From Massalongia carnosa (taxonomy: Eukaryota): a DNA stretch of 64,000 nucleotides. The stretch covers positions 124,001-188,000 of the forward strand of contig OZ287069.1 of NCBI GenBank assembly GCA_965645245.1, written 5' to 3'. This document shows positions 11,150-25,700 of the stretch, in pieces. The notes beneath the pieces are model-generated. The model saw only the letters and a list, made by a program, of their open reading frames with translations. It ran no database searches and was not told the origin of the DNA. A program made the position numbers and the translations under genes. Position 1 is the first letter of the stretch, and every line of letters begins with the position of its first letter.

Positions 11150-14100
11150 TCCTTGATCAAAATCGCGATCAAGGACGTCTTAAGAAAGATATCATTTGTG
11201 AAATTGGTAGCGCTGAAATGAAGACAGTAAGGGTCTCTAGTTGTGCTGTTCTCGATACTGAAAAGAAGATCGAGGGCAAGCATCTAGTATTTAAACTAGC
11301 ATAGCTGGAATTAAAACTCGTTTACTTGTTGATAATGGAAGTGAGGCTGAGCTCATTGATGAATCCTTCGCGCGTGTAAATAAACTGAACACCTCCAAAT
11401 TAGAAACGGGGGTTAAACTGACCCTTGGAAACGGAGAGGTTGCCCAACTTCTCACGAGGACCGCCCTAGTCGACGTCAAAATCGGGGATCATCAAGAACA
11501 AGTCCTTTGCTATGTAGCAAAACTGGACGTGTACGCGGTTATTCTAGGAGATGGATGGCTACAAACTCACAACCCCAGCATTGACTGGAAAGAGCGAATT
11601 ATGAAGTTTAACTCTGCCGATTGCTTGGAAATGGGATGCCTTGCGCGTGGAATAACCTGCACCGAATTTGCTGTTGGAAGTAGGGCAAAGAATAGGATCG
11701 GAACAAAAGACGATATCGAAGTCCTTCCGGTCAATGCGAAACATTTCTTTCGGATGGTTAGGAAGAAATATCACGAGGGATACTTATGGACTCCCCGAGA
11801 ACATAAGACCTTCTGTGCCACGACCACTGGGGCCGTCACCTCAAAGGATTACGACAAGTTTATGAAAGGCAAACCCGAGTACTCCCGCGAAGAATTGTTG
11901 AAGAAAATTCCCTCAGAGTATCATAGCATGATAGAAGTCTTTATGAAGCATAAAGCAGACGAACTACCGGAACATCGTAAGGAGGATCACGAGATCAACC
12001 TCATGGACGGAAAAGAACCCCCTTATGTCAGGAACTATAAGCCTATGTCAGAACAGGAGTTGGAAGCTGTCAAGAAGTATATTGACGAACATATGGGAAA
12101 GGGATTCATTCGTCCCAGTTCGTCGACAGCAGCTGCTCCAGTCCTTCTAGTTCGAAAACCAGGTGGTGGACTGAGATTTTGTGTGGACTATCGAGCCTTG
12201 AATGCCATCACAGTAAAGAATCGATATCCTATTCCCCTAATTAACGAGACGCTCGGAAAACTCTCGCAGGCAAAACGCTTCACGAAACTAGACGTTATTA
12301 CGGCATTCAATCGTCTTCGAGTAAAAGAAGGACATGAATGGCTTACCGCTTTTAACACAAGATATGGCCAGTTCGAATATCTGGTCATGCCTTTCGGTTT
12401 ATGCAATGCTCCAGGGACTTTTCAGAGTTATATAAATAATTCGGTTCGGGAATATTTAGACGTCTTTTGTACTACTTATCTGGATGACGTCTTGATCTAC
12501 AGTGATAATGAGGAAGAACATTCAGATCACGTCTTGAAGGTTCTTAAACGCTTGGGGGAACGAGGACTCCAAGTTGACATTGACAAATGTGAATTCTCGG
12601 TGACTAAAGTAAAGTACCTCGGACTTATAGTCACCACTGAAGGAATACAAATGGATTCCGAGAAGATTGAAGCGATTTTGAAATGGGAAACTCCGGAGTC
12701 CGTGAAGGACGTGCAAGCTTTTTTAGGCTTTGCAAACTTCTATCGACGATTCATATCAAAGTTCTCTCAGCGTACAAGGTCTCTGACGGAATTAACAAAA
12801 GGAGAACAAATAACGACCAAGTCGGGCAAGAAGAGAACCCGATATAACGTGTTCATCTGGACCGAAGATTGTAAAAAAGCTTTCGAAGATTTGAAAGAGG
12901 CCTTCACTACTGCACCAGTGTTAGCGCACTATGATCCTTCTCTAGAGACATGGATAGAAACAGACTCTTCGGATTTCGTCACTGCCGGAGTCTTATCTCA
13001 GATGCATGACGGAGTGCTCAAACCGGTAGCATATTTCTCCAAGAAGATGACACCGGCCGAATGTAATTACATGATATATGATAAGGAACTCCTTGCTATC
13101 ATAAAGAGCTTCGAGGTCTGGCGGCCCGAGGCAGCAAGTGCTGCGCCTGACCAGCCAATCAAAGTTTATACTGATCATAAAAACCTGGAACACTTTATGA
13201 CGACAAAGCAACTGAACCGCAGACAGGCCCGATGGGCTGAATTCCTTTCGGAGTTCAATTTCAAAATCATGTATCGACCGGGCAGACAAGGCGAAAAGCC
13301 GGACACACTTACTCGACGTTCTCAAGATCTTCCAAAAGGGTTTGACGACTCTCGACAACAACATCAATTCCAGACATTGCTACAGGAGCATCAACTAGAC
13401 GATGACGTAAAGAAGGCTTTATCAGTGATCTTCTGTGCAAACACAAGAACAAATGACACTAACGAAGAAGCTGAGGAACCTCAGGCCATCGAGGACGATG
13501 AAGAGGCTCAGGGTCAGATTTTAAATGAAAATCCGGTGAAAGAACTAGGCGACGATTCGGAAGAAGATCCATCAGCGAAACCTCTAGAAGAACTAATTGA
13601 AGAAGCTTATGAAAAAGATGAAGTAGTTCAAGACATAATCGCTGCCAAAACACGAGAACTTCGCAAGCTTCCATCGCATCTTATAAAGAAAGGGATCAAA
13701 TTAGCCATGGGAGATCTCAAAGTGAAAGATGAAAGACTATCTGTCAAAGAAAGGCTGTATGTCCCAGATCATGAACCCCTTCAATTATGCCTGTTGCAGA
13801 AACATCACGAACCTCCTCTGCAAGGACACCCGGGATATAAAAGCATGTATCAGTCACTGATGGAAAACTACTTCTGGTTCGACATGAAGGATCACTGCAA
13901 AAGATACGCAGTGAACTGCTCCATTTGTCGAAGGTCAAAATCATACAATGTCAAGAAACAGGGCTTACTGAATCCTCTACCCATACCGAACAGAAAATGG
14001 ACAGACGTCTCTTTAGATTTTGTGGAGTTTTTGCCGGAATGTCGGCGAAGGAATAGAGTGTATCAACACATATTAGTGATAGTAGACCGTCTAACAAAAA

Positions 14101-15209
14101 GACGATTATACGAACCGCTTACGTCACTCTCCACCGACGAATTAATGGACGCCATGTCTCGACGACTCTTCTCCTCGTATGGCTTTCCATTGTCAACGGT
14201 AAACGATCGAGGCAGTCAGCTGACTGCTCATCTGTGGAAAAGAATTTGTGAAAGATACGGAGTAAAGATAAAGTTCTCTTCAGCGCATCATCCAGAAACG
14301 GATGGTCAAAGTGAGAATGCAAATAAAGTAATGAAGAACTACCTTCGATCATACATCAATTATGCTCAGGACAACTGGGTCGACTATCTTTCAGATGCCG
14401 CGTTCGCCGTCAACAATCATGTTAACGTTTCGACAGGAATGACACCATTTTTCGCAGATCACGGCTTTCATCCTCGTTCGGGAATAGAGCCTCCAGGAAC
14501 ATATGAAGAAAAGGGAAAAGCCGAGATACTTCATGCTGACAAAATAGTCGCTCGCCAGGAAGCAATGCGAGAATGGTTAAGAAATCAGCTAACATGGGCC
14601 CAGGGAGAACAAACACGACATGCTAACAAAGATCGTCAACCGCACCCAGAATACAAAGTGGGCGATTTAGTGTACGTTAATGCTAAACATTTCGCATCAG
14701 AGCGTCCAAGTCGTTCCCTCGGGTTTAAAAACGTTGGTCCCTGGAAAATTGTTAGAATAATCGATAACAAGGCATATGAGCTTGACATACCACAGCATTT
14801 AAAGAATGTGGGACTCACCCCAATATTTCATCCATGGAAGTTGCATCTCGCTCCGTCCAATCCGTTCCCAGGGCAAGTACTGCCTCCCGGCCCACCTGTC
14901 TTGATCACCGAGAACGATAAGGAGGCAACACATGAAGAGTGGGAAATCTTAGAGATAGTGGACTGTCGAGAGACAAGGAAATTTGGGGTACAGTATAAGG
15001 CTACATATATTGGAAATTGGGACGAATGGAACGCTGACCCACCTTGGCAACCATGGACCGACTTCAGAAAGTCTATCGAAAAGGTTCTGCAATATCATAG
15101 AGAACATCCTCGAAAACCGAAGGCGCCAGAGGACCTCACAGGGATGGATCAGACGATCGATAACGTCAGACCATCTACGGAAAGCGTAGATGGACCCGAT
15201 GAGGCTTAG
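11139..15209 (+). CDS. pol: Gypsy Pol: protease, RT, RNase H, integrase, chromodomain; one apparent 1-bp indel near 11292
   Basis: LLVDNGSE protease (frame open from 11295); YLDD; ETDSSD/DKELLAI; HH-CC and DDE integrase; GPWKI; EEWEILEIVD...WQPWTDF chromodomain. Confidence 0.93.
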
Positions 15210-15862
15210 CTTCGAATAAGGGATTATTCGTTTCTTTAGGCAAGAATTGGTTGAACGGAGCGAATTATCCACGACTCCGAGACGTCGTCCATAGAAGGGG
15301 GAGTAGTGTCAGGGTCCTGGCCTGACCCGACATGCTCTGGTGGTCACGGGACAGCGTGACTCGCCTAAGCAGTAGCGCGCGTCGCTTGACTGGCTAGCGC
15401 ACCCACGGTAGATTATGTTTAGGAGTTCAGCGATGATTATTCTTTTCTTTCCTTCCTTGTAGTTAAATTCTAGTTCATAGCTACTGAATAATATCAGGGC
15501 AAGCTGCCTGACAAGATGCGCGGGGGACGCAGGATGCGCAGGAGACTCGAGGGACTCGATGAAGTGCTCGGAATGCGCGAGAGAATCAGGGAGGTGATTG
15601 AGATGTCAGAGATGGAGACGGCGAAAATGAGGTTGAATGAAGCAGCGATAGATCAGGCAGGAAATGAGGTAGCTAGTCTGCTTTAAGTTTAGTAGCTTGA
15701 AATCAAGGTGCGAATGGCCAACATGGTGCCAATCGACTCCGATTCCTGAGGTTCGAAAACATGGAATTTCTTCCTTCCCATCTCAGGCGACAGAATTTCG
15801 CACCGCTTACCCTACTCGAGAAAAGGGGGGCGGAAACTTTTCCTTTTGCGGTTACTTTTTCG

Positions 15863-15947
15863 GGGGTGTGAATTTATCCAAGTAGGGTGTGAAGGTAGCA
15901 AAGTAGGGTGTTAAGGTAGCTAATAGGGTGTGCCCGTATCCCGACCC
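15863..15947 (-). repeat. Subterminal repeats and probable end of an unclassified DNA transposon that hosts the Gypsy (remnant 8870-9141 plus 15514-15947)
   Basis: tagggtgt(g/t)aaggtagc repeated 2-3 times, ending ...cccgaccc next to ttaa; partner end not found. Confidence 0.35.
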
Positions 15948-18900
15948 TTAATTGAAGGGGGTTATTTGGGGGTTATTTGGAATATTGCGACCGCACGATT
16001 AAATGACAAGCACGAGGAAAAGCGACTAGATACCTATACAAAAATATACAGAAAACATCACAATACAGTATCATGATCTAGTTTTCCATCCCTAGACTAT
16101 CATGTTTCGATATATCATTCCTTCATAAAAAAAATCGCCTCCGAAGAAGAGGCACATGAAACACCGGCAGATGCTCTGTCACTTCATGGCAGAAAACACG
16201 ACTGCTTATCCTTTCTCTCTATAAGGATAATCTCTAGACCCATCTATTGACTCGGCTTTGTCCCCTGCCTTTGTCGTTTTCGAGGGGGTGACTTGTTTAT
16301 TAAGTCAGTCAATGACACTTCTCTAGAGCTTTCTAAAGCTGCCTTCGCTAAGTTGGCATGCTTTGTGTGTAAAGCTTCTTGCGCTCTCACAGTAGGTTTC
16401 AATATCCGTCCAGATCTAGATTTACCAGGTGAGATCAGTGCCCGGTCACGTTCTTTACCTTTCTCTAGCATGCTCCAAATTTGCTCCTCCGCTAGTATAT
16501 TATCAGCTTCCTGTCGCTCATCCACTGATGTATTCTCGACTTCTTGTCGCTCTTGTCACGGTGCGAGGTCAGGTAGAAATTCAGATGGTGCCAACGTATT
16601 ACTTGATTGTCTAGCTAGGTGGACAAGACGTTCGACAAGGAGAAAAGAAACAGAAAATCAAACGTGGGCGAGTATAAGACTGCCGAGTGGAACTAGTCCC
16701 AATCCGGATGTTGATCCAATTTCCACCCGAGTCCCTATCATGACACTATTGGCACTTACGGTTGCCCTAACTGAATCGGATTAGGCTTAGTCCAGGTGCC
16801 CAGTCACTCCATGAGAGCTCTTCCGCTAATGTATTCTCGACTTCCTCTCTTTCTTCCGATAATGCATCGTCTTTTTCGTACGGAAAGTCATCAGAATCAT
16901 AGCACACTGGTGTTCTCTCCCCTTCCGAAAGTGGTGTTAGCTCTCCTAATAGAATGCGTAGAGGAAGAGGACATCGTCTTTGAGGATACGTCCATAATGG
17001 GCGGGTGAACAACTTTCTAAGAACTGAAGTATGCGACGATGGAGCTGGAGCTATACGCTCGAAATGAGGAACGATACTTTGATACTGTCGCTCTGTCAGA
17101 TATCTTCGACCCTGCTCTCAATGATTAGCCATGAATTAATCTTAAGGTGAGTACGTACCTGTTTAGCATAAAGTATTCGTTTTTTGCGAGCATCTTCTTC
17201 GGCCGCCTTTGGAAAGCGACGTTTGTAATTTCTATGTCCCTGTAGTGTTCCAGCAAACGTCTGATTCATATCAAACCTTTGAAATTGTTGTAACTGTGCC
17301 TCGTCCATGTCTAACCATCTAATAGCCCAACGATCATAGTTCTTCTGCTCTTCCTTAGTCTCTTCCGATGAGTCTGTTACAATTGGCGACGATTGAGATC
17401 GAGATGAGGGATCCATCTCACTCTCGAGTGTAATACTTTTGTCGCGATAAGATGTAAAACTCTTGTCAGTCTCGGTCGCAATATCTTCATCGTTTTGAGC
17501 CGAGAATCTGCGAGACATAAAAACAAAAGAACGATCACTGAATCCATTCCAGTCACTTATGTCAGTATGAAAACTCATATTGTCGCTCTCGCCGTCATGA
17601 TTGCTGTCGCTATTATTGTCATTAGAGTCATTGTCATTCTCTTTATCAACTTCATCTTCGTTGTGACTAGATTGAGAGACAGAAGGCAGTTTTGAAACGT
17701 CACTCGCGGAAGGTCCCGAGTGATCACATGTACGCCTGTTATGCTTGAAACTCGTGCAGATTGAGCACCTCATTCTCTGCTTTGATAAATCAAATCGTTT
17801 TCTTCTCTCACGTCTGATTTTTGGGCGACCAGCCTGGACTACAAATTCTGGTGGTTTCACATCGGCCGCTGCGAGAACATTGAGATCAATAGGACGTAAA
17901 AATGACTGGTATGTTGCCTTGTACTGTACTCAGCGATTGTAAAGATGGGACTGACAAAATCCTCTGGTTCTCTTTCTTGCTTCATACATAACGCAACGGC
18001 CTGATCACATGGCATCTCATAATCCTGAAAATCATGACAAGTACACGTCTTGGCTTCCAGATCCACGATGTGATGACTTCCAGTACCAGTAGTGACGATA
18101 CCGCAGAAAGGACGAGAATTTTGAACAGTATACTCGGCCGATTGTTTCCGTCCATCTTGAATCCATCTCCAGGCATAATCAGTGACTCTATCTGTCTTGT
18201 GTTCAAGCTTGTGCCGTTCATAAAGTTTGTCCATGTATTGGTTCCAAATCTGATGGAGACGAAGCAATGCGGGCATGTGACGTGCCTCCAGCCAAATATT
18301 ATTTTGCGAATCTTGAGCATTAGAACATAATTGACCATATCGAGGACGAGGAAAAGCATATACAGCCCACTGCTCTGGAGGTATGTCTTCAATATAACCT
18401 GCGCAATTAGGTCTCGTCGCTCTAATTCTGTTGAGTATAGTGTTGAATTTTGCCTGTGTTTTAGCTTGGCCGCATCCCAGAAAAGATTCCGATATGTCTT
18501 CTTCCATTTTTATCGACATTGTCTCCGAGATGTTTGCAACAATGAGCACTTGAAGCGACAGGAAAATGATCAGTTACTGCATGTTTGATACCTTTGTTGC
18601 GATCACTAATAATCACCGCTTGTCGTCCCGAGCGAAATTGAATATATAATGCCATTGCCCGTAAAAATAGATCCAGTTATCTTTGTTCTCGATTGGGACC
18701 AATGCCCACGCCAGTTCCAATACCTGGTTATTACCGTCTTGAGTAACAAGAGATAAGATCACAAGGCCGTCCGATGTCTTGCAAGCGGTACCATCACACT
18801 GAAGCACCGAATGACAATGACGAAAAGCACGCTCAGTCGCCTTTGGCAGTACCCAACATCGTTTGAAACAACCATTCTCATCTAGCTCCAGATTTTTCCA

Positions 18901-20241
18901 TGCTGTTCGTGTATTGTTTTGTTCTTCGCATGCTGACAAGAATGCAGGTATATATTGAAAGCTTTGCTTAATATTGCCAAACCGTTTAATCTTGAGAAAC
19001 TCTTTTGTGCGCCACATCGCCATATAGTTTGTGTTGTTTCCTCGACTGGAAGTCTCGACGGTCATTAAATGCCTCGATTTAACCCGATGATCAGATTGCA
19101 CAAGCGCTTGATTTGTCTTGTTGGTGGCTAAATACTGAACAGCATTGCTACCTGAATGGCCGGAGTGGTTCGATATGGCACAGGTATTGTGATAGGGTGA
19201 ATAGGGACAAGGGCAGGTGCTGAGGGGAGGGGGGGGGATTGGTGTGGACGGAGCGGAGGGGAGGTTTTTCCGGGGCTGAGGCGCCCATTTTTCTATAGAT
19301 ATGGGAAGTTTCACCCTCTAGACAGACAGGCAATCAACATTTTTCTTTCCTTCAGAGTCAGTATTCGTGTCCGAGTGACAGTGTCAGAATGGCCGAGTCG
19401 TCACCGCCAACGTTCTGTTTGTTGTTTTCACGTGTGTTCCTTGTTTGCTTTCTGCCGGTCTTCTCTCCTTGAGGTCATCACTTATGCACCACCCACGACT
19501 CCCCCTCTTCATTGGCGACCACGGTGCGATGACCTTTTGAGGCTATTCGGTAAAAGCAAGAGTCCAGAGAGACCAACGAGTGCAGATTCGAACGAAAAGA
19601 GAAAAAGAGAGTGGGAACGCGTTTGACCCTGAAAAAGCCAAGAGTTCAAAAGGGGTGGGGCACGGATCGTGAACTAACCTTCAGAGTGTTTCTTATTTCT
19701 TTGTTTGATAGTGGGAGCGAGTTCGACCTTGATGTTCTAGACCGAAGGCGGTGAGCTGAAAGATAATTGGAAGTCTAAGAAGCAATCCGCGGGACGACGC
19801 AAGCCATACTTTACCCTTTTTGGAAGCTTCGGCGGGTTTTAGCGAGTGGCGAATCCCGAAAAACCTCAATACTGGTGGCAGCGGCCTATGCGACGGCGCG
19901 TCTCGACTAACGAAAAATGGTTACTATTTTGCTACAAGTTCCCGATTCCATGCTGTTATGGCTCGGCAAAAAATATCTCCAAGAGGTCCGAGACATGGAG
20001 CCATTGTTCCGAGAGTACTATAAGACTGAGCCTTTCGGTCGCGTAAAGAAGAGAGGCGACAAAAAGACAGAGAAAAATCAGAGAGTGAGCAGAAAAGAAA
20101 ATTCGAAAAAAAGTTCATCGTTCTGTTATTAGAAAATCGAGATCCCGAAATTTTCCTTGTGTTTCTTACCCCCCCAGTTTAGTGCCTCATTCCTTGGAGC
20201 AATTGGGTACAGTATACGACAAGTCTTACAGTGAGCTGATC

Positions 20242-22793
20242 ATGTCCAATAGTGACCCTTTTAGCCTGCGACCGGAGACACTCGAACAAAAATCCGAAGA
20301 CTCTACTCCTGACGCCTCCATACGTTCAGAAAAAGCTCCTGCCGGTGAGCCTGTGTACCAACCGACGGCGGAATTGCCACCACCTCCTGCTATAGGACCG
20401 TTCCCGATGGACCCGCGTTTTTATATGGCCTTACCTCACCCTGGTTCCCCTGGAACGCCCTTTTTCACGGGAGGAAATGACACCGATTTCCTGGATCGCT
20501 ATCTTCTTATGTGTCGCGACTACCGACTCGCCGAAGATCAAATTATTCCACGTTTGCCCTGGTACTGTGAGAACCTGATAGCCCAGAACGTCAAGTCTAT
20601 GATCCAGTTTACCTCTGGTGATTGGGACAGCCTAGCCAAGGCAATGCGCAAGGAATACCGTCATAATGACACCTCGCAACAAGTCAACTCTCGAGCTTTT
20701 CTGGAAGCACTAAAGAATAAGCCTCGCATGGAGGAGGATGACATACCGCTATATTGTCGTCGTTTTTTGGCTATTTGCAGGCAGCTTCCTGGCGGCCAAA
20801 GGCTTGACAATTTCACTCAATGTTCATGGTTTGTTCAAGGTTTACCGGAGAATTATGTTCGGAGCTATTCATGCGATATGATATTGACCTAGAAGGCGAC
20901 GAACCCCTGATGCTCGATACTTTGGTCCAGTACACTATAACTCTGGCTACCTCAAGTCAGCGCCTGAGAGATCTAGTACGAGGAGATAAGGAACAAGATA
21001 AGATTAGTGCCTTGGTGGATGATTATGGACGGGCAGCGAGCAAGCAAAAAGCCTCTCCTCCTAGTTCTTCTCTTACACAAGCGCCTATAGCCCCTCCGGT
21101 GATAGATATCAGGGCTATTATGAATAGCGCTATCGAGGAAATTACCCACGGTGTTAAAGATATGATGTTGTCCACTGTGACTGCGGTAACCTCTAACATA
21201 CAGAGCAATGTGATGCAAGCGCCCCTACCGGGCCCACGACTTTACCGACCGTATCAGCCTCCTCCACTTCAGCAAAATTTCCAATCTGCCCCTACTGTAG
21301 TGCCAGAACAAACGACGTCGCAGCCTAGAAATGCACAGCCATCTTCTTCTCTGATCCCTCCCCAGGCACAAACGAACTCTGCTGGTGGCAATTACTCATC
21401 TTCGAACCCTCAACGTTGCAACTATTGTTGGTCTACTGATCATAGAGGCCGCTGGCAGTGCTCTGATTATAGGGCTGACCTCTCCAGCAATCGTATACAT
21501 TTAAACTTCGAGGGTCGGATATGTGTAGGACCTCCGAACCCAGGCGCACGTCCCGTACAGATGAGGCTGGACCGTTCTCAAAGACAGTGTGTGGCAGAGT
21601 CCGAACGGCTTCGCTATTCTGCCCCTGCTACCACAGTTGAAGCTAATACGGTGCGTGTTGGAGAGCTCGAACCTGATGAGTTGTCTAGTGAAGATGAGAG
21701 TTGGGACGACAAAGATTTTGGCCTTTGCATTGTGGAACATCGCACGGATAGTACCAAGGAGGCAATAGTAAACGCCGCCCGAGTCAATGAGAAGCCGAAG
21801 AGTACCGCCAATTTTCATGAGCCAGTTCGCCGGATATTGAAACGAAAAGTTGAGAAAGAGGAAAAGCTTCCTACTCCAAAGAATACGAGATTTGGTAGTT
21901 GGCAGCAAGTGACTGTGGAAGATGCGACAGAAGATACTGACATGGAAGAAGTTGAGCAGTTTGTGACTTATCCAAATGGAACACCGGAGGTTTCTTCTAC
22001 GAAGAAAAACGGGACTTTTGCGGACAATAAGAAGAAAGCTATAGCCGATAAGAAGGAGACTTCGTCTGAGCCTAAAGTAGTGGAAATTGATGAGGCCAAG
22101 GAGAAGCCTCCTCGAGCTCTCCGTTTGCCAGAGCTGACAAAAATCGACATGGATGATGAAACACTGATGAAAAAGGTGACTCAAATACCGATAACCATGC
22201 CCTTATCCGAGTTATGGTCCATATCCCCTCGGGTGCGAGAGCTCTTTTCCAAGCCTATAAAGCATCCTAAACCTCTGACGGCGCATGTTAGTTCACTGGG
22301 CGTTAGCGATGATGCGATGATGGGTAGCGGACAGATTCCGAAGCTTTTGTATTCCTTATCCACTCCTAAGGCTCCTGTTCGATTAGAAGGCTTTCTCAAA
22401 AGTGTGGCTCTTCTAGATTCTGGCGGGGAAGTCAATGTGATGACCTCTAAGCTTATGCATCAAGCTGGACTATCCTGGAGACCGGCTCCTCACTTGGGTT
22501 TGGTTTCTCACACCGGGCACCGAAAACACTTCGATGGAGTATGCGAGAATGTTGAGATAAACATTGGGGGTCTAAAGAGTTTTCAACAGGTGTTTGTAGT
22601 GGACTCCGCGGATCATCAACTAGTCCTGGGTGCGCCTTTCTTGTTTATGGTGGAGCTGCAGTATGAGTACCGTCCTCAGGGAGCTTTTGCGGTCATCAAG
22701 AACTGTACTGGTCATAAGTCCGTCGTGTTCCGAGCTATTGATTATCAAGACGAAGGCAACCGGTAGGAGGAGGACATTTTTCCTTTAAACTAG
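20242..22793 (+). pseudogene. gag: Gag-protease ORF1, with a frameshift near 20870 and a premature TAG at 22764
   Basis: PFFTGGNDTDFLDRY gag-like start; CNYCWSTDHRGRWQC; LLDSGGEVN and LVLGAPF protease; ends T TTA AAC TAG (slippery heptamer 22784-22790). Confidence 0.85.
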
Positions 22794-25700
22794 AATGCAG
22801 GCGAGCTGTCGGGGGTTTGTCTGCGGCGTGGAGTTCGAATAGCCCGAGGAAGAAAGAAAAGCGCGCTAGTCCCAATGCGTCACTTAATCTTGGATTAAGT
22901 AACCGATTAGGCCTAGTGCGCCGTTCTGACGCTAAATCCAAAGTAGCTGCAGCTTGCATCCTTAGCGGCAGGCTTAGGGTTGGAACATCCACTAGTCCGC
23001 ATTGGGAGTTTGTACCCAGTTTTGATATTGGGCAGGAGTTTCGGTTATCACGCAAGTTTGATTTATTTTCGGTTTCGCAAGCAAGAGATAGAGATAGGGA
23101 GTTTGTTCGGGTTGATGGAGCATACAAGAGAAAGGGTGATAAGGTGCGCCCGGCGGAAAGATGGCTTTCTGACGGTTCAATGCCTGGGTGATGCCTGATT
23201 GGAGAGAAAGAGCTTTGGAGAGGGAAAGAGCGATGCCTAGGTTGCCCAACGAAAAATATCCAGGGTATTTGATACCGAAATTCTCACGTATGGCGCAAGG
23301 AGCACGATTGACTCCAGAAAGATTGCAAAAGATTCGAGTAGGGGATGGGTTGTCCATGGAAGAGAGAGACCTTTTGGCCGAAGTCCTACACGGTAGGGAA
23401 GCTGCACTCGCTTGGGACTGTTCAGAGATGGGACTGGTCCGACCAGAAGTGGCGCCTCCGCAGGAGATCCGTACGATCGAGCATAAGCCTTGGCAGCATC
23501 CTGGTTTCGCTATTCCAAAATCACTACAGGAGAAGACCATCGAAATGGTAAAAGAGCGCCTTGCGATCGGAGCAATAGAACCTTGCCATGGTCATTATCG
23601 CAATCCTTGGTATGTCATAGGGAAAAAGGAGAAGGGAAAATATAGGCTCATCAATGCCTGCACGGAAATGAACAGAGTTACCTTGCGGGACGCCACTTTA
23701 CCTCCTATGGCGGACGATTTTGCTGAGAACTTCGCGGGATGTTCGGTAGCGTCGTTGGTGGACTGGTTTTCCGGATATGATCAAATTTCGCTAGACCTCA
23801 AGAGCAGAGACTATACAGCTTTTCAGACGGCACTAGGACTCATGAGGATAACTCGACTTCCTCAAGGAGCCACCTGTTCCGTGGGACAATTTGTTAGATA
23901 AATAATCAAATCCTGCAGGCTCAGAGAGCTCATAATGCGGAACCTTTCGTGGATGATGTGGGAGTCAAAGGGCCCGAGACAAAGTATGACAATGAAATGG
24001 TCGCCCCTGGCATCCGCCGATTTATAAAGGAACATCTTCAGGCGCTGGACGAGGTTCTAGCCGATTATGAGAGAGCTGGTGTGACTATCTCGGGGGCAAA
24101 ATCACAATTTGCCATGCCTGGGATCCGTATTGTTGGTTATATTTGTGACTATGACGGTCGACATCCGGATACTGCCAAGGTCATAAAAATTGTTGATTGG
24201 CCTCCTTGTCAGGATGCTACCGGTGCACGAGCTTTCATCGGTGTTTGCGTGTACTATCGTATATGGATCTTTGAGTTTGCCATCGTCGCTGAGCCTATCT
24301 ACCGTCTGTTCAAAAAGAAGATCCTTTTTGTTTGGGGAGTAGAGCAACAGGAAGCCATGGATAAGCTGAAACTTGCGTTGACTACCTCTCCGGCACTGCG
24401 GTCGCTGGATTATTCGATAGGAGCTGGGCTCATCATTTTGGGAGTGGACTCGAGTGGTAAGGGATGGGGTGCCGTCTTGATGCAGGAGTGGGAGGGCAAG
24501 CGACACCCTTCGCGATATGAAAGTGGTAATTGGTCCGACACCGAAAAGTCCTATGATGCGACGAAGAGAGAGTGTAGAGGGGTCTTGAAGGCTCTCAAGA
24601 AGGTCCGCAACTATCTTTATGGAGTACATTTCTTGTTGGAGACAGATTCTTCGGTGCTTGTGGCTCAATTAAATCGTGGAGGGACGGATTTGCCAGGTGC
24701 GCTTGTTACCAGATGGATAGCTTGGATTCAGCTCTTCGACTTCGACGTGAAGCACGTTGCGGGTAAAAAGCATACAGCAGCAGATGGACTGTCTCGTAAA
24801 CCCCCTACCGAAGACGATATACGGGAGAGAGAGATAGAAGATGACATAGAAGATTTTATTGATGCAGAATTAGGCTCTCTAAGAGTTGCCCCTATTTCCG
24901 TTACAGACGAACTGCCCTTAGAGGAGAGTTATTCAGAAAAATCTCAACAAATCGCTGCCTATCTTACGAGTTTACAGAGACCGGCCGGCATGGTAAGGAA
25001 AGAGTTTTACAAGTTCAAGAAAGAAACGATGAGATACTGTGTGCAGGGGAGAAAGCTGTTTCGACGAAACAACAAAAATGTCCCCATACGAAGAGTTGTA
25101 GATGACGACAAGGAGAGACAGGAGATTATGGAGAAACTACATGATGATAGTGGTCACAAGGGAGAGAAGGGACCTGCCGTAGGATTGCTGACCGCTACTG
25201 GTGGGAAGACCTTCATGCTCATGTCAAGGCCTACGTACGAAGTTGCGAGAGATGTCAAATGCGGGACCCTAAACGGCAGGAAGAAGCTCTACATCCTACC
25301 TGGATAAGTCTTTGTTGGGCCAAAGTAGGTCTGGATGTTGTGTACATGCCTTCAAGGGAGGGCAAGAAGTTCCTGGTGGCTGCTAGAGATGATCTTTCAG
25401 GCTGGGTAGAAGCTCGGGCAATAGGAAATGCCAATTCGTTTTCGGTCGCTAGGTTCCTTTGGGAAGATGTCATCTGCCGTCATGGTTGTTTTGGCCGCTT
25501 GATTGTAGATGGAGGGCCGGAAAACAAGGATTTAGTTGAAGAACTCACAGCGCGATACGGAATTAAGAGGGTCCAGGTGTCTTCTTATCACCCACAGGCC
25601 AATGGTATGATCGAGAGGGGCCATAGACCCATTGTTGATGCACTGTCCAAGATGACCGATGGAGGGTTGGGAAATTGGGTCGAGAACCTACCCGCTGTAT

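Larger units (their letters stand above)
9142..15513 (+). mobile_element. Ty3/Gypsy chromovirus, full length and young
   Basis: 207-bp LTRs at 9142-9348 and 15307-15513 that read identical; 5-bp TSD AGATG (9137-9141, 15514-15518); PPT AGAAGGGGGAGTAG before the 3' LTR. Confidence 0.97.

Noticed and set aside
21501..24668. Long antisense ORFs over gag and pol (e.g. 21501-22184, 24102-24668)
   Set aside because: Shadow ORFs of real coding strands, with no recognisable motifs.
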